DNA of 64,000 bases from positions 15,252,001 to 15,316,000 of the forward strand of contig OX597829.1 in the NCBI GenBank assembly GCA_951406725.2, read 5' to 3'. This document shows positions 27,946 to 40,702 of the stretch, piece after piece (the first letter of the stretch is position 1; every line of letters begins with the position of its first letter). The notes under the pieces were generated by a model, which saw only the letters and a list, made by a program, of their open reading frames with translations, did not search any database and had not been told where the DNA came from. The DNA comes from Octopus vulgaris. Taxonomy: Eukaryota. The position numbers and the translations under genes were made by a program.

Positions 27946-29762
27946 GTTTTAATGCCAGCAAAAATATTAAACGGTATAACCTATTAGGTGTCTAATGCTG
28001 CAGATAAAACAGTAAAGCAGAAAGCCTACCGTAAGGTTTTGAACTCCCAAGTTTTAATCAGAAGGCATTAAACTAGCGTGGGCATTTGTTGAAAAGTTTT
28101 AAGCAAAGTGCTGCTTTATGTAATATGCCACGAAAGAATTGTTTCGAAACGAACTTCTTAACCACGAATCAAAAGTTGCCTACCTCACTTCCTATTACAA
28201 TACAAAAAAGAGAGCTGCTAGTTTATGGTAGAATACCATCTTGTATTGTGATATATATTTACCATGGAATGGTGGATTTCTTATGTCTGTTCCTGCTCTT
28301 TAGGTTTTGAGTTTACATGTCGCTGATGTTAACTTGATCTTCCATCTTTCTGGGAACATCAAAATGAGAATATGTATTGGGCTGATTTAAACAATTTTAC
28401 CATAAACATTCCAGCCGTATGTCTGTATGTGAAATAAGGGTTGTTTTACTGCTACTGTTATTCCTTATTTATAATTAGATTTCTGCAGATGAATTTATGT
28501 AAATGACTTCTGACACGCCTTTAGCCTCCAGACAACAAAGATACCTTATCGAGGATGTTTCACCTGTGAGAAATAGTGGGAAAATTTCTTGAAACCTGAA
28601 ATTTGATTTTCTTGGATTAACTATTTTAAACAAGGAAAGACACTTTAGATAAGCTATTCCTCAATATCGCCTAGACTGACAAGATTGTCACGATTGGATT
28701 GTTGCTGATCAGATTTTTTTTTTCGGTCGTAATTGATCAGATAAAAACAATTGTAACAACAGCTGTAGCAGAAACAAGAATAGCAACAGTTGCAACAAGA
28801 GCTGCTATAATAGCAAGTGCAACAACAGCAACTACAAAATATCTACATGTATGTCGATTGTGGATCCTGTTATTCAGTGAATTCATATTTCTGACATTAT
28901 TCAAATAATATTCCCAATCATGTTTTGATCAGTTTATTGTACGGGTCTTTTACAGTTACCACGATTATGAAAAACGGAAATTATTTTATTTTTATTCATT
29001 TTCCCCCGTAAAATATGTTCATATTCATCTTGATATTATTCACATCAAACAGAATTATAGAGAAAAACACAGATATTTCTGAATATTTGATTCCAATTGT
29101 AATTCTGAATGGTTTTATATATTTTTAATTTTTCTTCTTACGGAAGAGATTTATTTTTTTATTTATAGTTTTTATTTATTTATAGCCTGCTGGTTCATGC
29201 TATTAATTCAACAGAACTTCGGTTATTTTCACGAATTAAGCATCCAAAACCACTTTACTCTGACTTAGATATGCCAATTATTTATTGACTGGTATCAGAT
29301 GTTAAGAATGTAAATACGAAAGTATGACGGCCAATTATTCCAACATTTCACTGTGATTCTATACTTAATACAGTTATTTAATTGATAACGAGCCAGCGGG
29401 GTTGCTTGCAGAAACTCATTTCACATGCTAGAAATATTAACGAAACCTGTCCCGAATTATCCCCAATTGTCTAAAAAGGGAAAGCTATATTACATAAAGT
29501 AATACAAGTTATTTGTAATATCACTTGTATTACCTTTAAAAAAAAAATGGACTGCCATGGTTGGAACAATGTGTGTTTCTCGACTCGAGCTGACTTGAGG
29601 GTAGAGAGACAGCAATTTAATGAGTCTCCAGTTAAACGAAATGTAGTATCCGCTACTTTGTAACAAAAGGAATTGTAAAAGGGTGTCTTCTGGGCAGACG
29701 ATAATACTCTTTATACAACTAACAGAAGTTATGTGGAATCCGGTCATACATATATGTGTGTT

Positions 29763-29806
<44 letters not shown>

Positions 29807-30164
29807 TGTGAGAGTGTATATACATATATATATATACACATATATATATGCATATATATGCATATATGTGTGTGTGTGCATGTGTGTACATAAATATATA
29901 CATGAAGAATCGCAAAAATTAGTACGTATGCGTATATATATATTCTTTTATTTTATTGTTTCAGCTATTTGACTGCAACCATGCTGGAGCACCTCCTTTA
30001 GTCGAAGAAATCGACCCCAGAGCTCATTATTTGTAAACATAATAGTTATTCTGTCGGTGTCTTTTTACCCAACTGCTAATTTAGGGGGACGTAAACACAC
30101 CAGCATCGGCTGTCAAGGGATGGTGGTAGGGCAAACGCAGGCGCACGACCATACACACACACAT

Positions 30165-30259
<95 letters not shown>

Positions 30260-30279
30260 AATATATATATATAATAATT

Positions 30280-30661
30280 ATTATTATTTGAGGGAATAAA
30301 ATGTAAACTTACAAGGAAAAGAATTCAATTTAGAAATATTAAATCAAATTCCAACAATATAATATATTTAAAATATTAGAAAACAAACACCTTTTATCAA
30401 TTCAAAATGAATAATTAAATTACACCATCTAGAAAATTACATATAAGAGAGAAGTTAAACTTAAAATAACAATAAAATGTAAAGATTAATTAAATTACAA
30501 AAATAATAAAAATCTATATAATAGGTAGAAAAACGACACGTGTTTCGCTGCTATATTTAAGAAATGATTAAAGTAGTACAGAAATCACTTAAGTATAAAT
30601 ATAGTCGCTCATCAGGTTAAAAATAAGATAGGACAATAAAATAATTAATTAATAAATATAC

Positions 30662-30665
<4 letters not shown>
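30280..30665 (-). mobile_element. Penelope-like fragment inserted in (TA)n
   Basis: Carries a minimal hammerhead motif. Its end tttgagggaataaaatgtaaacttacaaggaaaagaattcaattt recurs inverted at 38608-38660. Confidence 0.6.
30532..30618 (-). ncRNA. Minimal type-I hammerhead ribozyme
   Basis: Minus strand reads AAC-CTGATGA-GCGACTATATTTA...TAAATATAGCAGC-GAAAC-ACGT-GTC-GTT. It has the full conserved core, stem I AAC/GTT, a long stem II and a palindromic stem III. Confidence 0.8.
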
Positions 30666-30733
<68 letters not shown>

Positions 30734-30947
30734 ATGTAAATCCTAAATATACATAAGTGAAAAATAAAATGATACTTCAATAATTAAATACTTTAAAATT
30801 AAATAAAATACACAAAGCTATTACAAGTCATTAAATTGTAATCAAAATAAGAAATGTTTCAAATATAGACAAACTTCTTAAATAAGCTAACCATATAATA
30901 AATATACATGTGTAGTATCTATAGATTTAATATAACAATCTATAACA

Positions 30948-30999
<52 letters not shown>

Positions 31000-31161
31000 G
31001 ACGGAATTCTTTCAGTTTCCGTCTAACAAATCCATCCACAAGGCTTTGGTCAGCTCGATGCGATAAACAGAAGACACCTGATCAAGGCCTCACGTTGTGG
31101 GACTGAACCCAGAACCATGTGGTTGTAAAGCAAGCTTCTTACCACACAGCCACGACTGCAC

Positions 31162-31206
<45 letters not shown>

Positions 31207-31539
31207 CATAAGGGGGATCAGCCATCTGAATGTGGCTAGGTACAGGGCGGGGTAGTGGGGGTGTTACTGATGCATTTAGCCCCAGGCGATCATCAACGTC
31301 ACCAGAAAGGCTGACACCATCTCGGTGTCATATATATATATATATTTCGTCTCTGTCAACACTGTGCAGTCTTTATAAAGACATTTAGATTTACCGAGTA
31401 TAACCACCATTGTTATCCGATAAGAGCAAGGATGGTACCGCTAGGATTATATATTCCTCTTAACCAATTTTGGAAATTTATTTGTATGCACTCAAATGAC
31501 TGTAAAGGCAAGCTGCTGACTGACAGGGCTTAAAACACA

Positions 31540-32312
31540 ATTGACAGATATTATTCAAGTTTCTTCTCTATCTTTGCCCTTTGGACTCTGAAGGACTGTT
31601 TTTGTGAACTGGCATAGGTATTTTAAGTCCAGATATTGTCTTACAAGTTCTTGCCAAATGACATAAGTCGTAAGAGGTGGTTAGTGTCCAAGATTATTAC
31701 CTATTTGGGTATTACGATTTTCATGTGACTTCATATGGTTCACGTATCCTGCTTTTGAGAACAGAACATAGTCACATATAATACATACCCAATGTTCACT
31801 ATTGATTACAGTTCCAATTGTTCCTTTGCCACATGCCCTTTTAAGTTCAGAGTGCTGAATCATCTTTTCCTCCCAGGCATTGCAACTAGTTTTAACAGTA
31901 CCTCACCACTTGTTTCAATCTAGAATATCATTTTCCCAATCACTTTTCTTCATATCTAGATTCTTCAGGTTTTCTTTCACACAGTCGTTATACCTTTTCC
32001 TCGGCTTATGTTGTGGTCGCCTACCAGAGTTGAGTTCACTATAAAAAAGATGCTTTAGCAGACACCCATCGTTCATTCTAATAACATGTCTAGTCCATCT
32101 CATTTGAGCCAAGATATCATGTTCTTCAATTGAGCTGCAACTTGCCTTGCGCAAAACCTCTGTATCAGGTATGAAATATTCCCACATGACTCCTAAGATA
32201 GTCTGAGGTACTTTTGATGAAATCTCTCCGGCATTTTTATATGACGTTTGTAAGTAGTCTATGTCTCAATTGAATAAAGAAGTGCAGACAATACACATGC
32301 TTTATAGACACA
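31540..32312 (-). pseudogene. RTE-clade (BovB-like) LINE 3' fragment with C2H2 fingers
   Basis: VYKACVLSALLYSIE; QMRWTRHVIRMNDGCLLKHLFYSELNSGRRPQHKPRKRYNDCVKENLK; CIICDYVLFSKAGYVNHMKSH. Confidence 0.88.
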
Positions 32313-32402
32313 TTCGCTTCATTTTTTATTAAAAGGTCAGAGTTTATTACACAAAAATCAATAGTGTCTTTAATATGGTTCAATATAGAATCTTGGGAGA
32401 AG

Positions 32403-32822
32403 GATTACGGGCAATCAAAAGAGCCTAAATATAAACGGGGGAACAGAAGAGTTACGTAACCTGTTTAAAGTACCCAAATACCTGCCTAATCTAGTTCAAG
32501 CAATTAGGCCTTAGTTTAGCTTTTCTATTTACAAGACTACCCTAATACTTTAACATCTTATAGATTTCGGTGCAGCATAATCTGCAGTCTAATACCTATG
32601 ATTAGAATATGGTGTAGCCCTTCTACCAATATCCCACACAATCTCAAATTTGAGTTTTACCGTTCTTTAATTGCCATACAAATTTGGCCAGAGAAGTGAC
32701 AGTAGTCTTATGGCGGTTTTGCTTGCACCAGGTATTTACGTACTTTGAACCGGTTACGTAACTCCGAAATTCACCGTTTACATCTCCTTTAAAATATTTT
32801 AGTCCGTTTTGATGGCCTAATC
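32403..32822. mobile_element. MITE-like element with diverged terminal inverted repeats of about 90 bp
   Basis: gagttacgtaacctgtttaaagtacccaaatacctg pairs with caggtatttacgtactttgaaccggttacgtaactc, and outer arms also pair. Confidence 0.65.
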
Positions 32823-33151
32823 TCTACTCCCTAGAGTATTGGCAATCTTATTTACGATTTACTTCAGTGACATAAAGTACTAATTACAACATACATAAGT
32901 ATATCACGCAACGTAACTATAATATAGTGTATGACCTCGCTTTCTGACCTGTATATATTTTACTATATATTATTGGATTGCACTGTAGTCGTGTGTGCAT
33001 ATATACACTCATCCTATATGTGCATATGGATATACGTATACATGTATATATATATACATATATATATTACTGTAAGTTTAGAGTGAATGCTTGATCAGTG
33101 TAAGCACCTGTATATGCCAGACGTGATGTAATCTTTGGACTAACAATGCTT

Positions 33152-33243
33152 GCGGCTGAAGAGAGCTTTAAACCACCTTTTATCTTAATAAATACACTGA
33201 TGTAATAACGGATTGCTTATAAAGCTTGAAACAGGTATACCGC
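33152..33243 (+). ncRNA. Decayed minimal hammerhead ribozyme
   Basis: GCGG-CTGAAGA-GAGCTTTA...TAAAGCTT-GAAAC-AGGT-ATA-CCGC. Stems I and II pair; stem III is mutated. Confidence 0.6.
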
Positions 33244-33294
33244 GATAACCTTTATGTTCTGTTTTTAATTTATATTTGATATATATATATTATA

Positions 33295-33603
33295 TACTCT
33301 TTTACCTGTTTCAGTCATTTGACTGCGGCCATGCTGGAGCACCGCCTTTAGTCGAGCAAATCGCCCCCAGGAGCTAGTCTTTGTAAGCCTAGTACTTATT
33401 CTATCGGTCTCTTTTGCTGAACCGATAAGTTACGGGAATGTAAACACACAAGCATCGTGTATGTAAGCGATGTTGAGGGGGGGGGGGCAAACAGACACAC
33501 AAACACACACACATATATATATACATATATACGACGGGCTTTTTTCAGTTTCCGTGTACCAGATCCACTCACAAGGCCCGAGGCTATAGTAGAAAACACT
33601 TGC
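33295..33603 (-). mobile_element. SINE family B, 5'-truncated
   Basis: Matches the body of 23725-24178. Confidence 0.88.
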
Positions 33604-34823
33604 GATCCACATATTCCACGAATCTTCTTCTATGAGTAGAAGAAGCCGACTCAACACGCCCAGGGTGAATGTCGCCAAAGTAAAGTAAGTACAAGTCTCC
33701 GATATCCAAGTGGCTAAAGAATGTCAGCAGAAGGGCACCCACAAATCATGATCTGAACGTGTTCATGCTCCTTTAGAGTCTAAGAAATTAAAGGCCGAAA
33801 CTCTTGCCTGTGGAGGGTTTCTTTTCTGAAGTCTTTCAGCCTTTCAGCTCTCTTCAGTTTCCTACCACTACGTGTGTGAGCACATATATATGTACGTTGT
33901 GTGTGTGTGTGTGTGTGTGTGTCTGTCTGTCTGTTTCTGCGTCTGTGTGACTGTGTCTGTGTAACTGTGTATATATGCACGCACACACACATAAGATAGT
34001 TACTATATATGTACATATAGTATACACATGTGAACAGAATATACAACTGCATAACAAAGTCGAAAAAAAATAGTACTCGAATACGAAAAGTAGAGCAGAA
34101 TAATTCATCGTATCGAAATGAGTTGACATACTTTCCACTCAGAGAGCTTCACGTAATCGATGAACAGACAGTCGAGAGTATTTGGAGCAATAATATAGTT
34201 TATTACAATATATAACTATTTATAAACAGTATAGTAATTAATATTTAGCAACACATCGGATAAACAATTAAATCTAATTGGACAGGGCATTATTCGTATC
34301 GAAAATAACGGGAATGTATTCGATACAAAACGATTGACCGTAACGGAAACAAAAATATGAAAAATTGAATGCGAGTCGAAATTGAATCAAAAACTGGATA
34401 ATAGAAAACGGATAGTATGAATCATCCTATACTTGTGGAAACAGGCATAAAAGTACAAAGAATAAAAAAGGCCTTTTAGAAATTAAAATTGAAAGAAAAA
34501 TTTTGCAAGCGATATAAATTAAAATTAAAAATTAATACAAGGACGAATGAATAGCACAAACAAACAAGTACAAAATACGTGGAAAAAAATAAAAGTAAAA
34601 ATGCATCAATAAATAAAATGTGGTGGTGGGATGCAGTCATGTAAGAAAAAGAAGGAAGGGAAAGCTAAGAATAGAGAGAATAGGAGAGGGAGAGAGAAGC
34701 AACAATTGAAGGAGAAAAACAGGAAAACAAGGAGGAGGAGGACAATCTAGTAGTTAAGCTAAAAGATATTGTTTGCTAAGACTAAACAACCTATATCTGG
34801 TATGGATGGTTATAGATATGGAA

Positions 34824-35054
34824 GGCGATGAGCTGGCAGAAACGTTAGCACGCCGGGCGAAATGCGTAGCCGTATTTCGCCTACCGTTACGTTCTGAGTT
34901 CAAATTCCGCCGAGGTTGACTTTGCCTTTCATCCTTTCGGGGTCGATAAATTAAGTACCAGTTACGCACTGGGGTCGATATAATCAACTTAATCCGTTTG
35001 TCTGTCCTTGTTTGTCCCCTCTGTGTTTAGCCCCTTGTGGGCAGTAAAGAAATA
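34824..35054 (+). mobile_element. SINE family A, with about 21-bp TSD
   Basis: ggtatggatggt(t/a)atagatat at 34799 and 35055. Confidence 0.93.
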
Positions 35055-35382
35055 GGTATGGATGGTAATAGATATAAGCCAGTGTGGCAGAAATTAGAAT
35101 GAATACAACGGGAAGAGAAACTAGACGAGAGGTAAATGTATATAAGAGGTAAAGATCAAACAACAATCACACATATGTGTGTTTGAAATGCCGATTGAAA
35201 TAAACGGACTAAATTCAAATTTATCAACAGGCGCGCACGCGTGGGACTTTGAAGGGACGTGCAGTAGGCATCTTGGACTTCCTCTATTTCTCTACTCGGT
35301 AATCTGAGCCTGAACGAACTAGGTATCTGTAAGCCTGCTAAATTTTAAAGTCGCATGGAACACCGGATCGACCGGCTTTACC

Positions 35383-35408
35383 AATTATTATCGTTATTAT
35401 TATAATTA

Positions 35409-35466
<58 letters not shown>

Positions 35467-35519
35467 CATCATCATCATCATTATTAACAATATTATTATT
35501 ATTATCATCATCATCATCA

Positions 35520-35616
<97 letters not shown>

Positions 35617-35660
35617 CATCATCATCATCATTATTATTATTAGTATTATTATTATTATTT
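35383..35660. repeat. (ATT)n/(ATC)n microsatellite
   Basis: Direct inspection. Confidence 0.95.
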
Positions 35661-36337
35661 TACACACCCACACATACATATATGCCTAGGGATATGCATT
35701 AATTCAAAAAGTATTAATTCAAGGCGAGAGTAATACAAGAGTGCATAAAATAAAAAAAATATAATATAATATATAATAAAGAATATAAACACGTATGAAA
35801 TATATATCTCGGTCGATAAACATTCATATTAAAAGAAGGAGGCAGAAAAACATTTCGATCGAATGTGACGGCCCGAATAAAAAATTTAAGATCATAAACG
35901 TATAGTATGATAAAATACAAAACAACAAGTTCAAAGTTCTGCTAAAAACAGTAAATAATACATTGGCAAAGTTTCGAAGTCAGGAACTTTGAAGAATATG
36001 TACAGCAGTTTAATTGATATGCTCAGATTTACGAATCGATGCAGTTTTCTCTTGAAACGAGATAAAATATTTTCACTTAAGAACAACAGGCGTTTCATAG
36101 AATAGCGATAACTTCCATTCCAGTATGTGATTCTTTTTTTTTTTGTTTTTTTATTTTTTTATTTTTTTTCCCAAGATAGACCATTGGGTGTGGAAAGTAA
36201 GACAACTAGTTTCTTTTAACTCCCATACATGTTAAGAAAAACTTGTTGACCACAAGTCAATTTAAAAGAATTGTTTTGCATATAAAATCGCATTTTGAAG
36301 TTGCTCTTTGTAACTCCGGTGTATGTTTTATATGTAG

Positions 36338-36543
36338 GATTATTACCAAACTAGGCATGAATCAAAATAAACATTTGATCACACAATTACTGCTGAGTGA
36401 ACAGTTACCAGGGGTCTTTGAAATTATATTTAAAATCGTTGCCACATTGAACGAAGAGAAGTTTTGGCAGCAAGGATACCAAACTTTCGGGAGTTTTCTC
36501 TTCAAAACTCTACATCACATATGTGATGTGGATGTCTTAGTGG
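36338..36543 (+). other. Candidate internal coding exon, unidentified
   Basis: ttttatatgtag acceptor, open frame IITKLGMNQNKHLITQLLLSEQLPGVFEIIFKIVATLNEEKFWQQGYQTFGSFLFKTLHHICDVDVLV, gtgaga donor; non-repetitive sequence. Confidence 0.35.
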
Positions 36544-36774
36544 GTGAGAAGCACATATGCCTTACTCCGCACAAGCCTTCATTAACCTAGAGAACCACTA
36601 AGCTAATTTTAGGGGTAACAGCAAATGTAGGCTAATACAAATGTATAACGATAATCATGTTCAAATGTCCTCTTATACGAGCATTGGTAGTGATGTGGTG
36701 GTGTTAATGGAGGTGGTTTTGTGATGTTAGTCATCATGGTTGCGGTCATGGTTGTGTTGCTGCTGCTGCTTGTT

Positions 36775-37184
36775 TGTTTGTTTCTTTGTTTGTTTCTTTG
36801 TTGAGCGAAGCGGTCTTCGTCCCAGAGCTCGCAAGATCGCGACTCTGTAGTGGGAGAAGTCCGAAACGTGGTCCTTTGCTATTCGTAAGACCCGCAGAAG
36901 AGAAAGCAGGTCAACCCCCGACACCGAGAGCATTGACGGATGGATGAATACGCATCCAGGCTCAGCGGTTGCGAAGGAAGTCGGGGACAAGAAACAGGAA
37001 GAAAGAGTGAGAGAAAATTGGAGCGAAAGAGTACAACAGGGGTTGCCACCACCTCACTGCGGAGCCTCGTAGAGCTATTGGTGTTTTTCGCTCAATAGAC
37101 ACACACAACGCCCAGTGTGAGAATCGAAACTGCGATCCTCCGACCGCGAGTACGCTGCCCTAACCACTGGGCCATTGCACTTCC
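36775..37184 (-). mobile_element. tRNA-derived SINE family C (tail type 1)
   Basis: Minus-strand head ATGGCCCAGTGGTTAGGGCAGCG...GTTTCGATTC; (AAAC)n tail. Confidence 0.85.
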
Positions 37185-37209
37185 ACTTGCTGCTGCTGTT
37201 GGTTTCTGC

Positions 37210-37259
<50 letters not shown>

Positions 37260-37666
37260 ATGATGACAACGGAGACGATGACAATGTTGAGAACGACAAA
37301 CGTTCTTTACTCCTACTTATAATACTACTCCACCGTTTGTTGAAATCCTCGTTATACTCAATGTTTCATCATGCACATGTTTTGGCAAGGAAATGTAATA
37401 AAATGATTATTTGTCAAGGTAGGGGGAAAAGTGGTCTTCTTTCGTACAGAGATAAATCTATTTTTATGTTACAGGAAATTAATTATTAACTGCCTTTCCT
37501 TTTTGTTTTTGCAATTTTTTTTTCATCGTTATCTCCGTGGAGAATAATCTGTTTTACGTATTTAACGTGAACAGCAGTTACACAAAATATTACCTGCAAA
37601 ACAACCTGCATTGCATAGGTGTACATACATTTATAGGTGTCTGTGCGTATGTGCATGCATATATGC

Positions 37667-37719
<53 letters not shown>

Positions 37720-37727
37720 CATATATA

Positions 37728-37772
<45 letters not shown>

Positions 37773-37773
37773 A

Positions 37774-37836
<63 letters not shown>

Positions 37837-38108
37837 ATGTATATATGAGTGTTATTTGTTGTTTGTTCAGTTAGCTGTACGACTGCTGTTGTTGAGTTAA
37901 GAGCTCCACGTTGATTATCATCATCCAGTCTGCCTCCAAATTAATGGAGGTGCAGCTTATTCTATTCGTTCCCTAAGTCAGTTACGCAATTTTGGTTATT
38001 TGCCTAAAATGTTCGGCTGAAAAACACTTCCCCCAAATACACACATATACACGCATATATGATATATATCTATACATATATAGAGATGGAAAACAAGAAT
38101 AATAAAAG

Positions 38109-38139
<31 letters not shown>

Positions 38140-38309
38140 TCCATCTATATATACATATACAGATAAACATACTCATATTTTTAGTTTATTATTCGTCTGC
38201 ATCTCCATATATTTATATATTTATATAAATATGTATATACATATATAAATACATATATATATGTATATATATATATATGTATATACACACACACTCATTA
38301 TTCTTCTAT

Positions 38310-38525
38310 GCTTTTACTTGTTTCATTAATTTGACTTTGATCCTGGTGGACCACCACCTTGAAGGTTTTTTCGGTCAAACTAGGATTTATTTCTTAAGCC
38401 TAGCACTTATTCTATCGATATCTTTTGCTGGACCTGCAAGTTACGGTGATATAAACGCACAAACATCGGTTGTCAAGCGGTGATGAGTGGGACCTCGGTC
38501 GGCCCGATGCTAATGTAGAAGACAC
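38310..38525 (-). mobile_element. SINE family B, degenerate and internally deleted
   Basis: cttattctatcg, acatcggttgtcaagcg and ggtcggcccg remnants. Confidence 0.7.
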
Positions 38526-38551
38526 ACACATATGTGTGTGTGTGTGTGTGT

Positions 38552-38593
<42 letters not shown>

Positions 38594-38701
38594 TTTGAAT
38601 TAGGTTTTCTAAATTGAATATTTTTCCTTGTAAGTTTGGATTTTTCCCCTCAAATAATAATTATAAATATATATATGTATATATATATATATACATACAT
38701 A

Positions 38702-40343
38702 CAGTATCTCACAGAAATATGTACAGCCATAAAAAAAATTGATTAAAATTACCATTACTCTGATTATGTCGAAGGAAATCAAACGAAATTTATACCGAAT
38801 AAAATATATTATACATGCAAACATTATACACACTTGGACCATAGACAATAAATATTTTCAAATATAGGAATGAAATATTAGTTTTGAAACGATACAAAAA
38901 TATGTACACACCAGAGTATTATTTGCTATATTCAACATTTGGTGTGTCCGCCCTTGCTTTCAATGACTGCATTAAGTCTTCTGAGCATAGAGTCGACTAA
39001 ATGTTTGTATATTACCGATGCAAACGACCTCCATTCATCCTGAATGATGTCTTTCATTCGTTACATTGGAGGGATTTTTTCCTCAACCTACCTTTTCAAA
39101 AGACTCCGCAGATGTTCTGTTGGGTTTAAAACAGAAGACATGTTAGGCCAAGTTAATACCTTTATCTTTTCATCTTATAAAAACTTAGTTGTTATCTTTG
39201 AAGTGTATTTAGGGTCATTATCATTTTGGAACATGGAATGCCTTCCTAGTTCCTTGATGGCCTTCAACAGTGTTTTCTGCAATATATCACAATAAAGCCT
39301 TAAATCCATTGTTCTCTCAATAGATGTGAGTCCTGCCACACCAGCAACACATATGCATAACACTTCCGTCAAAGCATAATACTTCCGCCGCCGTGTTTCA
39401 CGGTAGACACGGTGCATTTGTCGCTATTGTCTTCATCTGGTTGTCACCATACTCATTTAATACCATCTGACCCAAACCCGTTAATTTTAATCTCGTCAGG
39501 AAAAATAATTTTATTCCCAAACTCCTTGCCCTTACTCACATAGGTTTTGGCAAAAAGAAAGACGACTTGATTTATACCTGGTAGTGAGGAGAGGCTTCCT
39601 ACGAGGAATGCTTCCATGAAAACCACACTGGTTCAAAAGTCGGCGGACTCTTTGGGCGGATACACCCTTTCCACTAACAGAAGACACTTCTTGGGCCAAA
39701 GAAGAAGCGGTACGTGCCCTTCACGCAACGTTGGATGTGGCAAATATCACGCGCAGCTAAAATAGAATGACCTGGACGATGTCTATTGCTTAGCCGTCCA
39801 GTAGCTTTGTACTTCTGAATTACTTTGGCAACTGTGTTTGCGCTATGTATTCGTTTGCTAATTAACTTGTATCTTAAACCATTATTGTGCAAATTTAAAA
39901 TTATTTTCTTCAAATCTTCAGGCAATTATTTTCCTTTTGGTGCCATTTTAATCGCAATGAAGAAGATTTTCTCCACGGTACACAAATCAGAATTCCTGCA
40001 GATGCAATAACAATGACCAGTGCAAAAATGCCAAGAGAAATAATTTATTAGAATTGAAATTATTAGCAATATCTAAATTTAGTAAAAAAAAGAAAAAAGT
40101 GGATAAAATATTTAACATAGCAAATTTCCTTTAGGGTGTATATATTTTTGTAACGTTTGAAAATTAATATTTCATTCATATCTTTGAAAATGTTCATTGT
40201 TTTATGTTCCAAATTTGTATAATATTTGCATGTGTAATGTATTTTATTCAGTGTAAATTTCATTTAATTTCCTTCGATATTTTTAGAGTAATTGCAATTT
40301 TACTGAAATTATTTACGGGTGTACATACTTTTGTACATACTTT

Positions 40344-40345
<2 letters not shown>
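38702..40345 (-). mobile_element. Tc1-family DNA transposon, IR/DR type, near full length
   Basis: TA then CAGT left end; inverted repeats of about 210 bp (38702-38912 and 40134-40345), each with outer and inner direct repeats aaatatgtaca(g/c). Confidence 0.9.
38932..39946 (-). pseudogene. Tc1 DD34E transposase pseudogene
   Basis: MAPKGK*LPEDLKKIILNLH (HTH); FPDEIKINGFGSDG; FQNDNDPKYTSK...WPNMSSVLNPTE with 34 aa between D and E; LVDSMLRRLNAVIESKGGHTKC*. Contains stops and frameshifts. Confidence 0.92.
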
Positions 40346-40400
<55 letters not shown>

Positions 40401-40403
<3 letters not shown>

Positions 40404-40702
40404 GCAATGGCCCAGTGGTTAGGGCAGCGGACTTGCGGTCGTAGAAACGCGATTTCGATTCCCAGAGCTGGCGTTGTGAGTGTATATTGAGCGAAAACAC
40501 CTAAAGCGACACGAGGCCCCGGCAGAAGGTGTTGTCGATCCCTCCTGTACTCTTCCGCCACAACTTTCTCTCATTCATTCTTCTGTTGACCTGCTCGCTT
40601 AGCCAGTGGGGTGGCGTCAATTTGAAGGCTAGAACAAAGCGCATTATGACCAGTGATGTGTAGCAACATCTGATAGCCTGGTCGGTCACGGTGATCACGT
40701 GA
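40401..40702 (+). mobile_element. SINE family C (tail type 2)
   Basis: Head ggcgcaatggcccagtggttagggcagcgg; tail ends cacggtgatcacgtga. Confidence 0.85.

Larger units (their letters stand above)
29945..31160 (-). mobile_element. SINE family B split by (TA)n expansion and nested AT-rich inserts
   Basis: 3' half at 29945-30150, 5' half at 30998-31160. Confidence 0.85.

Noticed and set aside
33600-33860. Possible LINE endonuclease N-terminus (TLATFTLGVLS) on the minus strand
   Set aside because: Only loose similarity to the ATFNVRTL motif; too degenerate to call.
40401-40475. tRNA-like sequences at SINE heads
   Set aside because: They have A and B boxes but no complete cloverleaf, and they continue into SINE bodies; not tRNA genes.
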